From the NCBI GenBank assembly GCA_964016885.1, contig OZ024742.1, positions 180,358,001 through 180,422,000 on the forward strand: 64,000 nt of DNA. The letters run 5' to 3'. The notes beneath the pieces were generated by a model. That model was not told the origin of the DNA and searched no databases. It worked only from the letters and a program-made list of their open reading frames with translations. A program made the position numbers and the translations under genes. Shown here piece after piece: positions 29,921 through 44,415 of this stretch (within the stretch, counting starts at the first letter, position 1; the number at the start of each line of letters is the position of its first letter). This stretch comes from Eledone cirrhosa. Taxonomy: Eukaryota.

Positions 29921-30906
29921 CCTGAACGCCATACATACACACACACTTGTCAAAACATACATCCTTATAAACCTCATCCCTTCTTTAAACCTGCATTTTT
30001 ATACTTAACATAACACTTATCTAAAATACATTATATTTTTCATGGCTGCAAAATAAAATATAAAATATATTAAAAAAGAACAAATTTCCAACTTACTCTA
30101 CCTACATTTTTTTAACACTTATTTTTATTTTTATTGCATTTTTTTTTACCCTATGTGTTTCAGATTTATAACAAATTAGTCTGTTTTCTTTTTATGTAAA
30201 TATACTACAATACATAACTTTAACTGTAAAATGGTTGAAATAAATTGGAGATATAGCCCCTTGAGTTGTAAAAAAACATGGGCAGGGCTACCTACGAAAA
30301 TTGAACCTTATATCTGCTTCATTGTGGAAACCTGTGTTGGTAAAGGTTAAAAATGCTTCCGGTCTTAAGGGGTTATATACCCGATTTATTTTCAACTACT
30401 TTACAGTTACAATTATGCATTGTGTTTGCTTTGCATAAAGGCAAAACATACTTTGAAATTCCAATCTTACTACTCGCTTTATAAAATGTTTTATTATCGT
30501 GTGTATTTTGCCATTGCAATATTTTAATATTCATAAATTTACTATTGTTGTTGTTGTTTGTTGTTGTTGATGGTGACAATGATGACGATTGTGTAACTTA
30601 TTCTGTGTTTTAATCTTCTGCTTTCATTGCAGAACATGTCTCAGTTATTTGTTATTCTCTACATTCATTTCTCTAACACAAATTTGTCTTTTGAGGAAAT
30701 GCGAAAGAAGTCATGCACACATACTGATAAGACATGGAGGCAGTTGAACTAATAAAGTGCTTATTTATATATATTTATACAGATTTATATATATATACAT
30801 GTAATACGTGCATATTTGTATTGAAATGTATAGAATAACATACAAATCTTATGTATATTATATTGGTTGCATGTGATGTCATAATATCTTTGGTTATAGT
30901 TTATTG

Positions 30907-30958
<52 letters not shown>

Positions 30959-31269
30959 GAGAGAAGAGGGGCAGATATTGTATTCCATGTAAAACTGAAC
31001 AATATACATACAAATTCAATCTAGGAAGGGGTGCATTATTATTATCTTTCTCTTTTTTATCCATTCAGTGATATATTTTAGTGTATAAGGGCTGGTATAG
31101 CTTTGTGGTTAAAAAGGTTAATGTTGAAACAATGGGTCTATGGGTTCAGTCATTCTCTGTGACAGGATTGGATGTATCTTGTATGGAGCCCCTGACTGAA
31201 AATTTTACCAAGGCCTTTGCATATTAATTATGGTAAGAAAAATTATGTAGAAAGAGGTCATTGGAATGA

Positions 31270-31940
31270 ACAGAAACTTCAATCTAAATGCAACCAGAGA
31301 AAACTTATTACTCTTCTGTTCTAGTAATCTGATCTCAATTACAAACACCTTCTTCTGGGCAGACAAATTTCGATATGTATAAATGGTATAATGCAAATTG
31401 GAGACAAAGATCAGTAACTGGTTTTTTTATGGTCTCTGATCGCTTCAATTTTGTGTGTGGTGTTCAAATTAAGAGAGGGGCTGAGCTGTCAACTGATCAC
31501 CATCTATTTATCTACAACCTGAAACGACCTAAAGTCAAGAAAACCCACAAAACTGGCAAGTCCAGATGAGCTACAGGCTGAAGTAAGAAATGCTGACTGA
31601 TGAGGAGTTTAAGACCAGGTATGCAGATACTATCGCATCAAAATTCAGAGAACACTCTGGATAAACTGTTGAAACATAGTGGAGACTGTTCAGCCCAGCA
31701 GTATCCACTTCAGATTTTATAGGGTCAGGTGGCACGAGATTAAAGATGCCATCCAAGCAAAGAAGAAGGCTTACAAATCTTGACTTGGAAATAAGTCTTC
31801 CTTGTTGCACATGCAGTACAAGCTGGCATCAAATGTTACAGCAGAGACAGTAAATGTGTTCAAGGTTAAGACATGGGAGGACTTTGGAGTTAAGCTGCAA
31901 TCAAACTTTAGATCAGCAATATTTGTCAGACCATTAGGGA
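31270..31940 (+). pseudogene. Decayed RTE-type APE endonuclease fragment
   Basis: ITNTFF and RGAELSTDHHL motifs. Confidence 0.65.
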
Positions 31941-32604
31941 CTTTGGTCTGACTAAAGTATCTAAAAGAGCTCTTAAATATGTATTTTGCTGATCCAGCAT
32001 CTCAACCTCACAATAATTTTCAGTAATGCAGAGAGCACCTTGGGTTGTTTACATTGATAAAGGGAACATTCTTATACTTGTATTTAGATCTTACTACAAA
32101 TTACAGCGATGTAAAAATAACAACTGGATATGTAATCACTGAATCAATCAAATGCAATACAATGTTAAAATAGCATATTCCCAGTACAGTGGAAATAATA
32201 TTAGTTTATGCACAAAGCCACCGAAGTATATGATAAAGTAGCATCTGTATATATACAGAACAGATGTCACTGAGGCTGCATAGATATATGTTTGAATTTA
32301 TACATCATTAGTATAAAGACATGTAAACATGCCAAATATATGCATTATCTTGTAAATACAAAAAAAAACATAAACACCTTTAACCAATATTCAAGCATAA
32401 TTTGATTTTCATTAGAATGAATATATACTGTCTAAACAATCACAAGGAAATACATAATTGTTGGGATCATACAACCTATTACTTATAGTAATATCCTGAA
32501 ATGGATGTACTAACTTGCATATTATCACTTGTTGGTAGTTAATTAAGATATCTATATTAAGGTGTCCATTAAGCACTGAAAATAATGTTTAAGTATAAAG
32601 TTGT

Positions 32605-32836
32605 GAAGACATATGGCTTAGTGGTTACAGTTTTGGGCTTGCAATTGTGAGTTGGTGTGTTTGATTCCCAGACTGGGTGATGCATTGTGTCTTTGAGCAA
32701 GACATTTTATTTCATGTTCCTCCAGTTTACTCAGCTGTAAAAACAAGTTGCAATGTCACTTGTGCCAAGCTCTATCAGCCATAGCCTTTCCTTTGGACAA
32801 CATCGCTGGTGTGGGGAGGGGAGGCTGGTATGCATG
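32605..32836 (+). mobile_element. tRNA-derived SINE (family B)
   Basis: Head and core similar to 24209-24350. Confidence 0.75.
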
Positions 32837-32849
32837 CAATGAAATGCCC

Positions 32850-35325
32850 CGAGCTCCGTGGTTAGTTTGACACTACAGGGTGACTACAACTGGGAGCAAT
32901 AGTCCAGACGACTTAGGACAAATGTCCTCCATAGTGTCAACATGGTGTCTTGGTCTCTCGTTGGAAAGTCCTCAAGATCCAGCCAGCGAGTCGTCTGCAC
33001 ATTGTCGCCACTTTCATGATGTGTGAGGAAAAAGATGCATCATCGCTCATGTCTATACCCAGGTCACCTAACGATTTTGACATGGGGATGTCGGTCCCTC
33101 CTGGTCCTGCGTAACTGTGTTGTACTGTATTTGTGTTTGCAGGTTTGTATTGTAGGGCGTGGAATTTGCCAGCATTGAACTGCATGTTGTTTTCTTCCAC
33201 CCATTTGTATATGGCATCCAGATCTTGTTGTAAAAGGACAGCGTCAGCCGGGTTTTTGATTTCCTGTGCTACCTTAGTGTCATCAGCATAGCTATTGAGA
33301 GATGTTGTTGTATGGACTACAGAGGGCATGTCTGAGAGAGCCACCAAAAACAGTAGTGGTCCCAGGTCTGTCCCTGTGGGAATCCCACTTGTTATTGGTG
33401 TTTCCTTTGAGAGGACCCCGTTTGCTGCAACTGTCTGGCTTCTGTCCTTTAAGAAGTCATGCAGCCACTCACCTACTTTTCCAGTTATGCCGAGTCCGTG
33501 TAGTTTGTGATATATCATTCCATGGTCGACCTTGTCAAACGCCTTCGCAAAGTCAAGATATATCACGTCCACATGTGAGCTGTCTAGCAGTTGTTTCAGT
33601 ACCCAGACGTAGTCATGTAGCAGCTGTGTAAGACAGCTTCTTCCTGGGCAGAAGCCATGCTGCGTGCTAATCAGGTGGTCATTTTCCTTGAGGAAAGTGA
33701 TCAGTTTCTTTCTGACGACTCGCTCCATGACCTTACTGATATGCGACGTCAGGGAGACTGGCCTATAGTTTTTGGCCTCCTCTCTGCTACCTCCTTTATG
33801 GATAGGGCATATTGTGCCTTCTTTCTGCTCCCTGGGTAGTATACAGCTAGCCAAGGAGCTTCTGAAGAGCATCTTCAGTGGACTTGCTAAGGCCCACTTA
33901 CATGTTTTTAAGAGGACTGCTGGGAATCCATCACGTCCAGCAGCTGAGTCTGTTCTAATTTCATCTATGGCGTACACCACATCCTCCTCCGTTATGTCTA
34001 TGTCATCAGGTTTTGTTATTTACATCTGCCTCAGTGGACATGTGAACACACTTTTGTACTGTTCGTTCAGTATTTCACTTATCTCTTGGGGATTCTCGGT
34101 TAATAAACCGTCTGTATGGAAGAGTGGCCCAATCTTGCAGTGTACCGAGGCAGTTTCTTTTGCAAATTTAAAGAAGGCCTTAGGATTTGTTTTAATGTTT
34201 TCTATGGCCCTGCTTTCTTTCTTTGCCCTCTCATTTTCATGGGAAAGTTTGAGTGCAATCTCGGTGCCGAGTAGTGCATGTTTCAAATAGGATTCCTTCT
34301 TGTTTTGTTTTCTTGCTGTGCATTCAACTGGTTTGAGAGCTTGGTTCTACGTCTCATAAAGATTTTCCTATCTCTGGGAATAAGATTTTTGTGTCTGCCT
34401 TTTTTTCCGGAACAAACATTTTGCATATAGTGTGTATCGTTGTCATGAAGGGTTGAAATTGTATGTTGGTGTCTTGTGTGGCGGTGTTTTCACTCCATGT
34501 TTGCTTCCGGATTTCTCTCTTGATCTTTTTCCAGTTAACCTTGTAGAAGTTAAGGCTAGATAACGTCTCGGTGTTTCTTGATGGTTTTGTCTCTGTTGGT
34601 TCTCTTGGACCACATATCATTAGTTCTACTAAGTTATGATCTGAGAAAATTGTTGGTGTCACATTTACATTGTGGACGAGCACTTCGTTGTTTGTAAAAC
34701 AGAGGTCCAGGACATTTTCGCCTCTTGTTGGGAGGAGTATTGCTTGTTACATGAACAGCCTGTGTGTGAAGACCAGCAGGGATTCCGTCTGTTCTATTGA
34801 CGTCATTCCAGGGAGGAGGTGGCCATCAGGCCATTTGACTTTTGGCAGGTTGAAGTCTCCCAGCAGTAGAATGTTGAGACCCTGGTCCAGTTTGTCAAGG
34901 ACCTCTTCTATCCTACTGAGGCTATCCTCAAATTTACCCTAATGACTGGGGGCACCGGGTGGCCGATATGTGACACATATTACTGTCTGTAGTTGCTATA
35001 TATGTACTATCAGTGTGTCACAGACTGAGTTTGAATGTGTCAACACTAAAATTGGTGTGACATCTTCACGGATATACAGACCAACCCTACCATGAGTTCT
35101 CTCCTTCCTGTCCGAACGAAATACAGTATATTTTGGTATATGTATTTCTGCATCTGCTATACTGCTTGTCAGGTGCGTTTCGGTTAGTGTCATGCATAAT
35201 GCTTGATTGCTTATGGCTAAGTCCCCCAGGTAGGAAATTTTACTCATGTTACTGAGTTTCACCAGGCCTCTGACATTCAGCAGCAGCACTGGTGTGACGT
35301 TTGGGGTGCCAGTAATGGTTTGTCC
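32850..35325 (-). mobile_element. CR1-like LINE, same family as 15214-18192, lacking its 3' end
   Basis: LNVRGL, LTETHL (APE); RT ORF 32937-33980 with YLDFAKAFDKV and YADDTK. Confidence 0.92.
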
Positions 35326-36940
35326 TGTTATAAGACAAGTCAGGTCAGATGACCACTCATATGGATCTATTTTGGGCTGGATTTCTACAGCTGCATGTCT
35401 GTCCTAACACCAATCATATTACAGCATAGACTAGGTGCTTTTTATCATGGCTCCAAAATGAACAACTAAGAGAATGCACCTTGTGCTATTTTATCATGTT
35501 TTTTTACTCTGGCAGCATCATTGTGAGAGAGCAGCTGGGAAGTGTGTCCAGCTTTTCCTGCTTGTATGCATCGGTTGGTCAGGGGAAGTGTATCAGAGAT
35601 ATGTGGCGTGGGGTTTTGGATGAGGTGATCAAGTATGCAAGTTGGATATGGATTGGGAAATTGAGCGAGATCTAAGTTGTGTTACTTAGCTAGTGGTGGG
35701 GTGAGCTTTAATTTCACGAGTGTGTATAAAGGATGGGGGAAGATTGTTGCTGACTATTATCTTTTACATGTTTGTTTCCTCTTATGCACATGGGAAGATG
35801 GTCTCCTGCAGTATAACATATCACTAGAGATCTTGATTTGCTGTCATTTCCTTTCAGAGTTTTAATTGTGTGAGGTCAGCTTTTACCACTTTATTCTAAG
35901 CTTTCCTTTATCCTCTTTCTTGGTTTCTGTCAACTTTGCGCACCCAGCACGTTTTTATGCAGCTGTTATCCTTCACATACATCACATATATAAACATATC
36001 TATATCATATCTATATATCTATATCGATATATCTATATATATAGAGAGAGCGAGAGAGCGAGAGAGAGAAAGAGAAATAGACACACACACATATATATAT
36101 ATATATATATTGTGTTTGTGTGCATGTACATGAGTGTTTGTAATTGTGTAAGTCTATAGTATATATGTCTGAACATGCATGCATACAAATGCATATATTT
36201 GGCATGTGTATGTATGTGTGTTTGTGTCTACATCTGTGAACTGGTGTGTGTGCATGCACGCGCATGTGTGTGTTTACAACACATTTATTTGATTTATGTC
36301 AATTGTTATTTGCATTGATATATATATATATATATCATAAAAGTCAGATTTGATCAGAGACAACTTTCTAGAAAGCCTGTCATGTAGGAAAATATCTCTA
36401 TTGTATTTAATATTACCATTGCGTTCTATGGCATCAGAGGAAATGCAGTTCCATCATGATAAATATATTCCTTGAAAGAAACTAATCAAAATGAATTGAT
36501 AAATAGAACATATTCCCATCCGATTTATTAATTAAGAAAAAGAAAAACAGATTGGAAGTGTAACGGTAGATTTCCATGCAGTGGGATTAGGTTTGCCAAA
36601 GTTCTGAATGTGTTGAATGTCAGACTACATATTGCTATTCTTTTAATATGTTGGTTTACAGCTAGGACTTTAAATTGAGCTGAGGTTGATTTTCTATTGA
36701 ATGTATTGACATAATAAGTGACAGTAATATCATAAGGTTCAATAGACTAATAATAGTACTCCCACTTTTATAAAAGAGACTTTGCTTTGTATAATTTCAT
36801 TAAAAGATTCCTCTTGATTAGTAGATGACTCCTGATGGCTTTGTAGATACATTGGATCAGGTTCCTATTATCTTCCCTATCCTCACAGGAGGAACTAACT
36901 TCAGTTCTGTAAGATAATTAATATTTATTTATGGTTTAGT

Positions 36941-37155
36941 CTCACTACAGGTACTCAATGACAATACAATGGTTGCTGCAGAAACTGTTTGATATATAGT
37001 GCTTCTACAGGTGCTTAATGAAAGTGAAGCAGACATTGTAAATACTATTTATTATGTAGTGTACTCATACATACTTAATAACAGTGAAGAGACCAATGCA
37101 AATATTGTTTATTGTGTGTTATCACTATAGGTCCTCAACAACAGAGAAGGGATAT
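36941..37155. repeat. Diverged 60-bp tandem repeat (about 3.5 units)
   Basis: ctacaggtactcaatg / ctacaggtgcttaatg / catacatacttaata / ctataggtcctcaaca at exact 60-bp spacing. Confidence 0.65.
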
Positions 37156-37194
37156 TTTATATATTGTTTTTTATATAATGTCTCTGTATGTACA

Positions 37195-37585
37195 TAAAGG
37201 TTTCTGATTTAAGCAAAAGGCCAACAATTTTGGGGGCAGGTAAGTCAATTAAAATTACCTCAGTGCATGACTGGTACTTTATTTTATTGACCCTGTAAGG
37301 ATGAAAGGCAAAGCTAACATCGGTGTGATTTGCACTCAGAATGTAATGGGTCGTAACTCTATGCCACAAAGATTGTTATCTGATGCTCTACCGATACTGT
37401 TAATTCACCATACATAATTGTTTCTACGTTTGGCACAAGGCTAGCAATTATCCAGTGCATTACTGGTACTTTATTCACCATATACATAATTGTTTCTACT
37501 TTTGGCACAAGTCCAGTAAATACCCAGTACATTACTGGTACTTTATTTTATCAACCCTATAAGGATGAAAGGCAAAGTTAACCTC
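37195..37585 (-). mobile_element. Cluster of SINE family A copies; last one cut near the Helitron end
   Basis: Similarity to 312-500. Confidence 0.75.
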
Positions 37586-37595
37586 ATTATACATA

Positions 37596-40500
37596 CTAGC
37601 AGAAGACCTGCCATTCGGGCGGTTTTCTGCTAGCAAATATGGCGTGTATATTGATATACGCAAATGTATATATGTACATAGATATAATACGTAAATTGAC
37701 AATATGCACATAAACTGAACAAAGACTGTGTTACAGTTACTTCTGTTATCAGTAAAGTAATCTATGATACATTTTAAAAAAAGGCGATAATGGAGATGGA
37801 AAAGCGATGAAACTGTTGACGAAAAATGTTCATGAATCTTCACTTGAGAATGTTGATGGGAAGCTTCAAGCAGTGAATTTGAAAATAGATGCTGCTGGTA
37901 TGAATGAATGAATTACATTTAGCAATATAAAGAGTTGACCTTCACTATATTGTTGTTTTACAGTATTCACATATAGACTTCTTAGGTTTTTGTAGTGTCC
38001 CATTTCTTGCAGTTAAAACGTAACTGAAATGCATTTCAACTAAAAGAGAGTGATAGCTGTTTCACATCACTGTAGAATTTCTTTGTCAGCAAACAGACCC
38101 TTTTCATTTAATATTTTCATATTTTCTTTTTTTGTAACTCATGGTAATACAACATACATCTGACCATGTGAGAAGAATTGTGTTGGTAGATATACACCTA
38201 TCCTTTCAAATGTCTTCCCTTGTGCCTTGTTGCATGTAAGGGCAAAAGCTGGTTTGACAGGAAATTGCTTGCGAGTAAAGGTGAAAGGGAACTCAAGCTC
38301 TTGAGATACATGTGGTATCCTTGGGATTAGCAACCTTGTTCCAGCATTGGGACCCAATGCCACTTCAGCTTCAATTACATGATTATGTAAACTGATGATG
38401 ATGTAGAGTGTACCATTGCAATGCCCATTTAGAGGATCCAGATTGCTCAAAAGCATGATGCAACTGCCTTTCTTCAGTTGAAGTATGTGTGTTGGGAAGC
38501 CTGATGGAGTAAGTTTGTTGATGAACTCAATTGGATATTGCAGTTCATTATCTACGGTATCAGAGCTTCTGTAGATTATTTCATGACCAGGGAACTTGTT
38601 GACCATGAACTCATTCACCAATCTTACTGCATCATTTGTTGGAGTGATAATGGCTCTATTTGCAAGCCATAGTGGGTTTGTGTAGTTTCCTGAAAGATTT
38701 GTATACACAAAATCACACAGTCCAGACACATTACAATATTCCAGACAAAGTTCATTTGGCAGAAGAATTGTGAATGCACCTACAGTTGAAACAGTTGGAA
38801 TGTTACCATTTCCCACATCAAAAGGTAGTTTGCAAACTGTTTTTCATCAGAATCCTCTGCATTAATTGATCGTTTATTGGTTGTCATCTTCATGGTTTCC
38901 ACATAGTCCCAGAGATAGGATCTCTTGATGGTTGCCTCAACTATTTGTGGTCTAGCACCATGACATACAGCGGGAAGAATTTGCGCCCAGTCACCAGATA
39001 GTAATACTGCTAGACTACCAAATAGCTTTTTGCAATCTCAAACATCTTTGAAGCTCCTGTCAAGGCATTCAAAGATATGCTTATGTCCCATACCTATCTC
39101 ATCAATGATTAGCAGGTCAGCTTGCTGCATAAGTTTACCTGTGTCATCCCTCTTTGTGAAGAAGCAAGTTGATTCAGCAGTCACATTGAGAGGAATCTTG
39201 CACTTGGAATGAAGAGTTCTACCTCTGTGAAGCAAAGTGGCTGCTATTACAGATATGGCAGTGGCAAGTACAATTTTTTTTTTAGATCGGAGGCAATCCA
39301 ATAGGATGTTTATGACATAGGTCTTTCCTGTACCTGCACTTGCATTCAAGCAGAAAATTCTGCCTTCATTTTCATTTACAGAGGTGATTACTTTGTGAAA
39401 AATAACCAGTTGCTCAGGATTCAATGTTGGCAGAAGTTCATTTAGATTTGCTTGCAGTTGGTGTGTATTGAAATCAGTTTCTGCCATAAGAACCCTGTTG
39501 ATTTCTGGTATGGCAACAATAGTTGGGTCTGGCTGAGTAAGTCCATAGTTGGGATGAATGTCCAAGCCATCATGTTGAAGTCTTTGTTGGATCTTCTGTT
39601 GAACAATCTGCACGGTTTGCATGGACATGACTTGCTCATGACGTTCTTGCATGATATCCTCTGCAAGACAATAATTCCATTTCTCCCAGAACTGCAGAGG
39701 GTCATTTGGCATGCTGTACAATAAAATGGTGCAGAAGATCTCTCGCAGCTGAGGACCAAGCGTAATGGATGAGGCCTCTTCCATAGCTTTGTCTTTTTCT
39801 CTATCTTCATATAACAGACCAAGTTTCCTGCATGCGTCTTGGAATGTTGGAAATTCAAGTCCTTTAATTGTCCCCAAATCTTTGTATGAAGTTGACCTAA
39901 CCTTGTGATGTAGGATCATTCTGAGGTAATATAATTCAGATTGATGTCTACTGAGAGATACTGTTGGAATGCGTCCAAGAGATTCAATCATAAATTGTTG
40001 ATCACCATCCAGATGTCCCTTTTTTCTTCTTGGCCACTTTTGTTTGTCCAAGTGAAATATTTAGGAATATCAATATACAATATGTTTTGTGCCAGTGAGT
40101 CTCTAATATTCAATTGAAAATATTCCGTCAACTTAGTCATTGGCTGTCCCCTAGAAACAATGCTTTCTTCCTGCCCTCGCACATACACGACCATTTGTTC
40201 CCCAGGTAAATGGCAAGGCAACTTTTCAACTGGCGGTTTTTGATGATGTAATGGAAATTTATAGATTCTCCAGAATGCTTCACTGGCTGAGATGTACTGT
40301 GCATTGATATAGGTCTCAATCTTATTTTGGGCATGGACACAATTTCCTTGATCATCCTTAATAGTGAAAGTGATCTTGTCTGATCCTTTTGTGATGTACT
40401 TATATAAGTACTTAACAGCCTTGACACTGTGGACAACCTCACAATTGATGTGGCACTGGTATCTCAATGAGAGGAAAGGGTTGTATGGAACAATCCAAAG

Positions 40501-40915
40501 ATTATCAGCAGTAAATTCTTGACCTTTAAGTTGGATTGTATGGGTGTGACCATCATGCTGTCTATCCCTTCTTCTATACTTCGGAAAGGAATTTTCGGCA
40601 ACAAATGTGGTTTGTCTGAATGCCTTGGGATAACTTTTTGAGCAATGGCGTTGTTGTCCTAGCCCTTCCATACATCAGACTATCATATTAGCTTGCCCAC
40701 ATGGGCCAGAATGTTGCAGGATGTGATGATCTTATGCAGAATTTAATTGGTCTCTTTATCAGAAATCTCACAGTACACTACCTGATCAATGGCATCAGCA
40801 GTTTTGGGCTTGCTATCTTCAGCCATAATCAGCAGAATATGAGCATGAGTGAGGCCTCGTTTTCTGCCACTCTATTGTAACAGACTGAGCCACAACTTTT
40901 CCTAGGACCTTTTTT
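37596..40915 (-). mobile_element. Helitron with frameshifted RepHel (HUH Rep + PIF1-like helicase), 5' part missing
   Basis: EWQKRGLTHAH at about 40840-40872, YLYKYITKG, ASAGTGKT, IIDE, RKQFPVKPAFALTCNKAQG; 3' hairpin followed by CTAG|T at 37596. Confidence 0.92.
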
Positions 40916-40919
40916 TTTC

Positions 40920-42094
40920 AGTATGTCATCCATGAGGCTGTCATACTTGATGCACAAATATCAGGACAGTCTATGTTCTTCACCAGCCTTCGCGCATGCG
41001 CAGTATGGACCAGCCTTCGCGCATGCGCAGTACGGACCAGCCTTTGTGCATGTGCAGCATGGACCAGCCTTCGTGCATGCGCACTTCGGACCAGTCTTCG
41101 CGCATGCACACTTCGGACCAGTCTTCGCGCATGCGCACTTCGAACCAATCTTCGCCTATATACCGGTATATGTCTATGTATGAAGAGATTATTTGTGCGT
41201 GCTTGTTTCCATTAGATGTATTATTGAATTTCATGAATTACGAAGAATTTGCAAGTTACTTCACCTGGGGAGGATTAATAATACCTTCACTAACTTCGGA
41301 AGACGATTTGTGTGTGGTGTGTGTATATATATATATAAATATATATATATGTGTGTGTCTGCATCAGACATAATTTATATGCTATTACATTTATATATAT
41401 CTAATCAATGGGCGTACAACAGTATTTAATCTAAACATAAATAATAAAGTAAGAAGTGCGGGACTATGTATGGTTTATAATTTTTTATCCCCTTAGTAAA
41501 ATAAGTTGGATTACTTTGAATAAATAATGAATGAATATTACATAATTTATCTACTAAATGTCGTGGCTGTTCATTAAATATATTTTATTACTTATTTAAA
41601 GATTCACTTCTTTAACATTTTCAAATGTCAATACTTCTGGTTAGCGATCGCTTAAATAAATATTCATATATTTCTGTCACTAATTTTCTCCTAAAGCAGT
41701 TTATATATAATATCGTCTTTTTTTAATGTATCATGGATTACGTTACTGATTACATAAGACAGTGTAACAGAGTCTTCGTTCAATTTCTGTGTATATTGTC
41801 AATTACAATTTTATTTGATCATTTATACATGCATATATACTTGCGTATAATATCAATATATACACTGCACATGCTAGCAGATATGTAATATCGTCTTTTT
41901 TTTAATGTATCATAGATTATGTTACTGATTACAGAAGACAGTGTAACACAGTCTTCGTTCAATTTCTGTGTATATTGTCAATTACGGTTTTATTTGATGT
42001 ATCATATCTACATGCATATATACTTGCGTATAATATCAATATATACACTGCACAAGCTAGCAGAAAATCACCGGAAGGGTGGTTTTTCTGCCAG
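40920..42094 (+). mobile_element. Non-autonomous Helitron-like segment with duplicated subterminal block
   Basis: 41705-41881 and 41885-42062 are tandem copies; ends in hairpin plus CCAG|T; last 200 bp match the reverse complement of 37596-37790; left boundary uncertain. Confidence 0.65.
40982..41155. repeat. 27-bp GC-rich minisatellite (about 6.5 units)
   Basis: ACCAGCCTTCGCGCATGCGCAGTATGG at 40982, 41009 and onward. Confidence 0.95.
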
Positions 42095-42556
42095 TTATAT
42101 TAAATGAGTTTTAAAAAAAAGAGTTAATAAATAAATAAAACGTTATACTTGTTTTACCCTCCCATTTCCAATTAAATCGAACGCTATCATGACTGTATGT
42201 GTGTGTTTGTGTAAATGTATATGTGTGAAAGTATGTGTATTTGTGTGAATTACGTCCGTGACCGTGTATTTGTATAAGTTTGTGTTTGCACGATTATAGT
42301 TGTATACTCATAATAGTTATATACGCATACATATAGATGTGTGTATGTGCACACTCATACGCGTCAGTGTGTAGAAAATCATAATCTCTCTATCTCTCTC
42401 ATCACACACTCTCTCTTTCTATATATATGGTGGTGGTGGTGGTGGTGGCGACGATATATCGGAAGTGCAACTTTGAAAAGAAGTCAATTTTAGATTATTT
42501 ATTTTTACGAAATTATTTGTTTACGAAATTTAGCTCATAGATTATGTAATATTCAT

Positions 42557-42745
42557 GTGGATTGGCAGTATCGGTAGACTGTCGGACGCCATGCTTTGAT
42601 GCAAAGAGTTACGGCCCTTTCCATTCTGAGTTCAAATCCCGCCGAGGTTAACTTTGCCTTTCATCCTTACGGGGTCGAAAAAATAAAGTACCAGTAATGC
42701 ACTGGGTAATTGCTGGCCTTGTGCCAAAAGTAGAAACAATTATTT
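42557..42745 (+). mobile_element. SINE family A
   Basis: Full head, body and tail; sits inside an inverted copy of 41430-41560. Confidence 0.85.
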
Positions 42746-44415
42746 ATTTATTCAAAGTAATCCAACTTATTTTACTAAATGGATTAAAAGAAATAAACAG
42801 TACGCAGTCCTACAGCCCTTGCTTTATTATAGTTTAGAGAAAATATTGTTTGTTATATAGCGTCAAGAAATGAAATGACCCAATGAACGATGAAGTAGTA
42901 TGCATGAAAGAAGATTGTGCTGGCATGAACATATCATGCATATGGAGAATGACAACTACATAAAAACGTGCGGGGCATGAAATATGTGGAAGAAGAATAG
43001 CTAGGGAAGCATGAGATGATGTGGTGAAGGCTGACCTTATGAAACCAAACCTCACAATAAAGGATGACAAAGGAACATAATGACTGACAACATGTAGGCT
43101 GAAATAAGCCAAGTGAGGTTGGTAGTATAGAAGCTGAGAGATATATCTCCGTTTGCCCCCCCCCACCCACCTGTCCAATATGTTCCTCCCACGTTGACTC
43201 TCCTTCCATGCTGTATTAACTCATGTTCATCCTCTCTCACATTAACTGTACCATACTGCCCACATAACTAGAGACAACTTGGGATCTGTCACATGCCTAC
43301 CAACTTCTGATGCTCTACCATATAACCTCATATTCACTGCAAGGTACTGCTCACATAAAATGAGGTATTTACCCTTCCACTTATATATTCCTTGTACAGT
43401 GTTGTCCATGTAAAGAGGGATAATTTACTCTTGTATGTATATATATATCTATCAATCAAATGTTTCCTAACTTAACCCTACCTCCTGTGCTACCAGTCGC
43501 CATTCACTCTATACTCACGGCCACTTTTAAAAAGTTCCACTAACCAACATTTGTTCTCACCTTCTTTCTTTCACCCCCTCTCTCTCGCTTCTCTCTCTTA
43601 GCAACAAATGTTAGCTGCCATTGCTCACCCCACAGTGCCACTTCAATCACCCTCTCCAATAACTTGCCCTACTCCGCCCTACTGAGGACACAATGATCAC
43701 ATTATGTTGGTATTGGGTTGGTGCTGCAATAAAACACATCCAGTAAAGTCTGTAAAATGGTTATCACTAGGAAGGACATCCAGCGAGAGGAAGTGAGAAA
43801 AAAGATATAGAGGAATAATCAACCCTAGGACTGGACTGGTACTTTTTTTTATCAACCTTGAATGGATAAAAGACGAAGTTGACCTTGGTGCCATTTGAAC
43901 TCAGGGAGCAGAGAACGAGAACGAAAACTGCATGCAAGGCATTCTATCCAATGGCCAATTCACCACCTATAGGATGATACTTACATATTTCAAAATGGCT
44001 GAATAACTGCACATGTGTTTTTCTTGTCTAAAATTCTTTTCCCCATTTTCTTTCATTTTTTAGTCTCATCTATCTTCCTATTTCTTCTTCTCTTTCTCAA
44101 ATATCCCCTCTTCTCTCTCTCTCTTATTCTAATTCTATCTTCCAATGAAAGACTACCATCCAAAATGTTAAGACACTTGTCCTACTATATCAATCATTAA
44201 ATTAATATATATTTTCATTGTATTGTATTGTTCTCCAATGCTTTTTTCCTTGTTGACATTTCTTTTATACATTACCATTAGTATCAATGTTTAACATCCA
44301 TTTTTCCATGCTAGCTTAGGTTATATATATATATATATATATACATTATGAAGAGAGAAGAAACATTTAGATATAATTAGTAATAAAATGTATCATACCT
44401 AAACTGTTCCTAAAT

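Noticed and set aside
40982-41155. CRISPR-like array
   Set aside because: Head-to-tail 27-bp units without unique spacers, eukaryotic context, no cas genes
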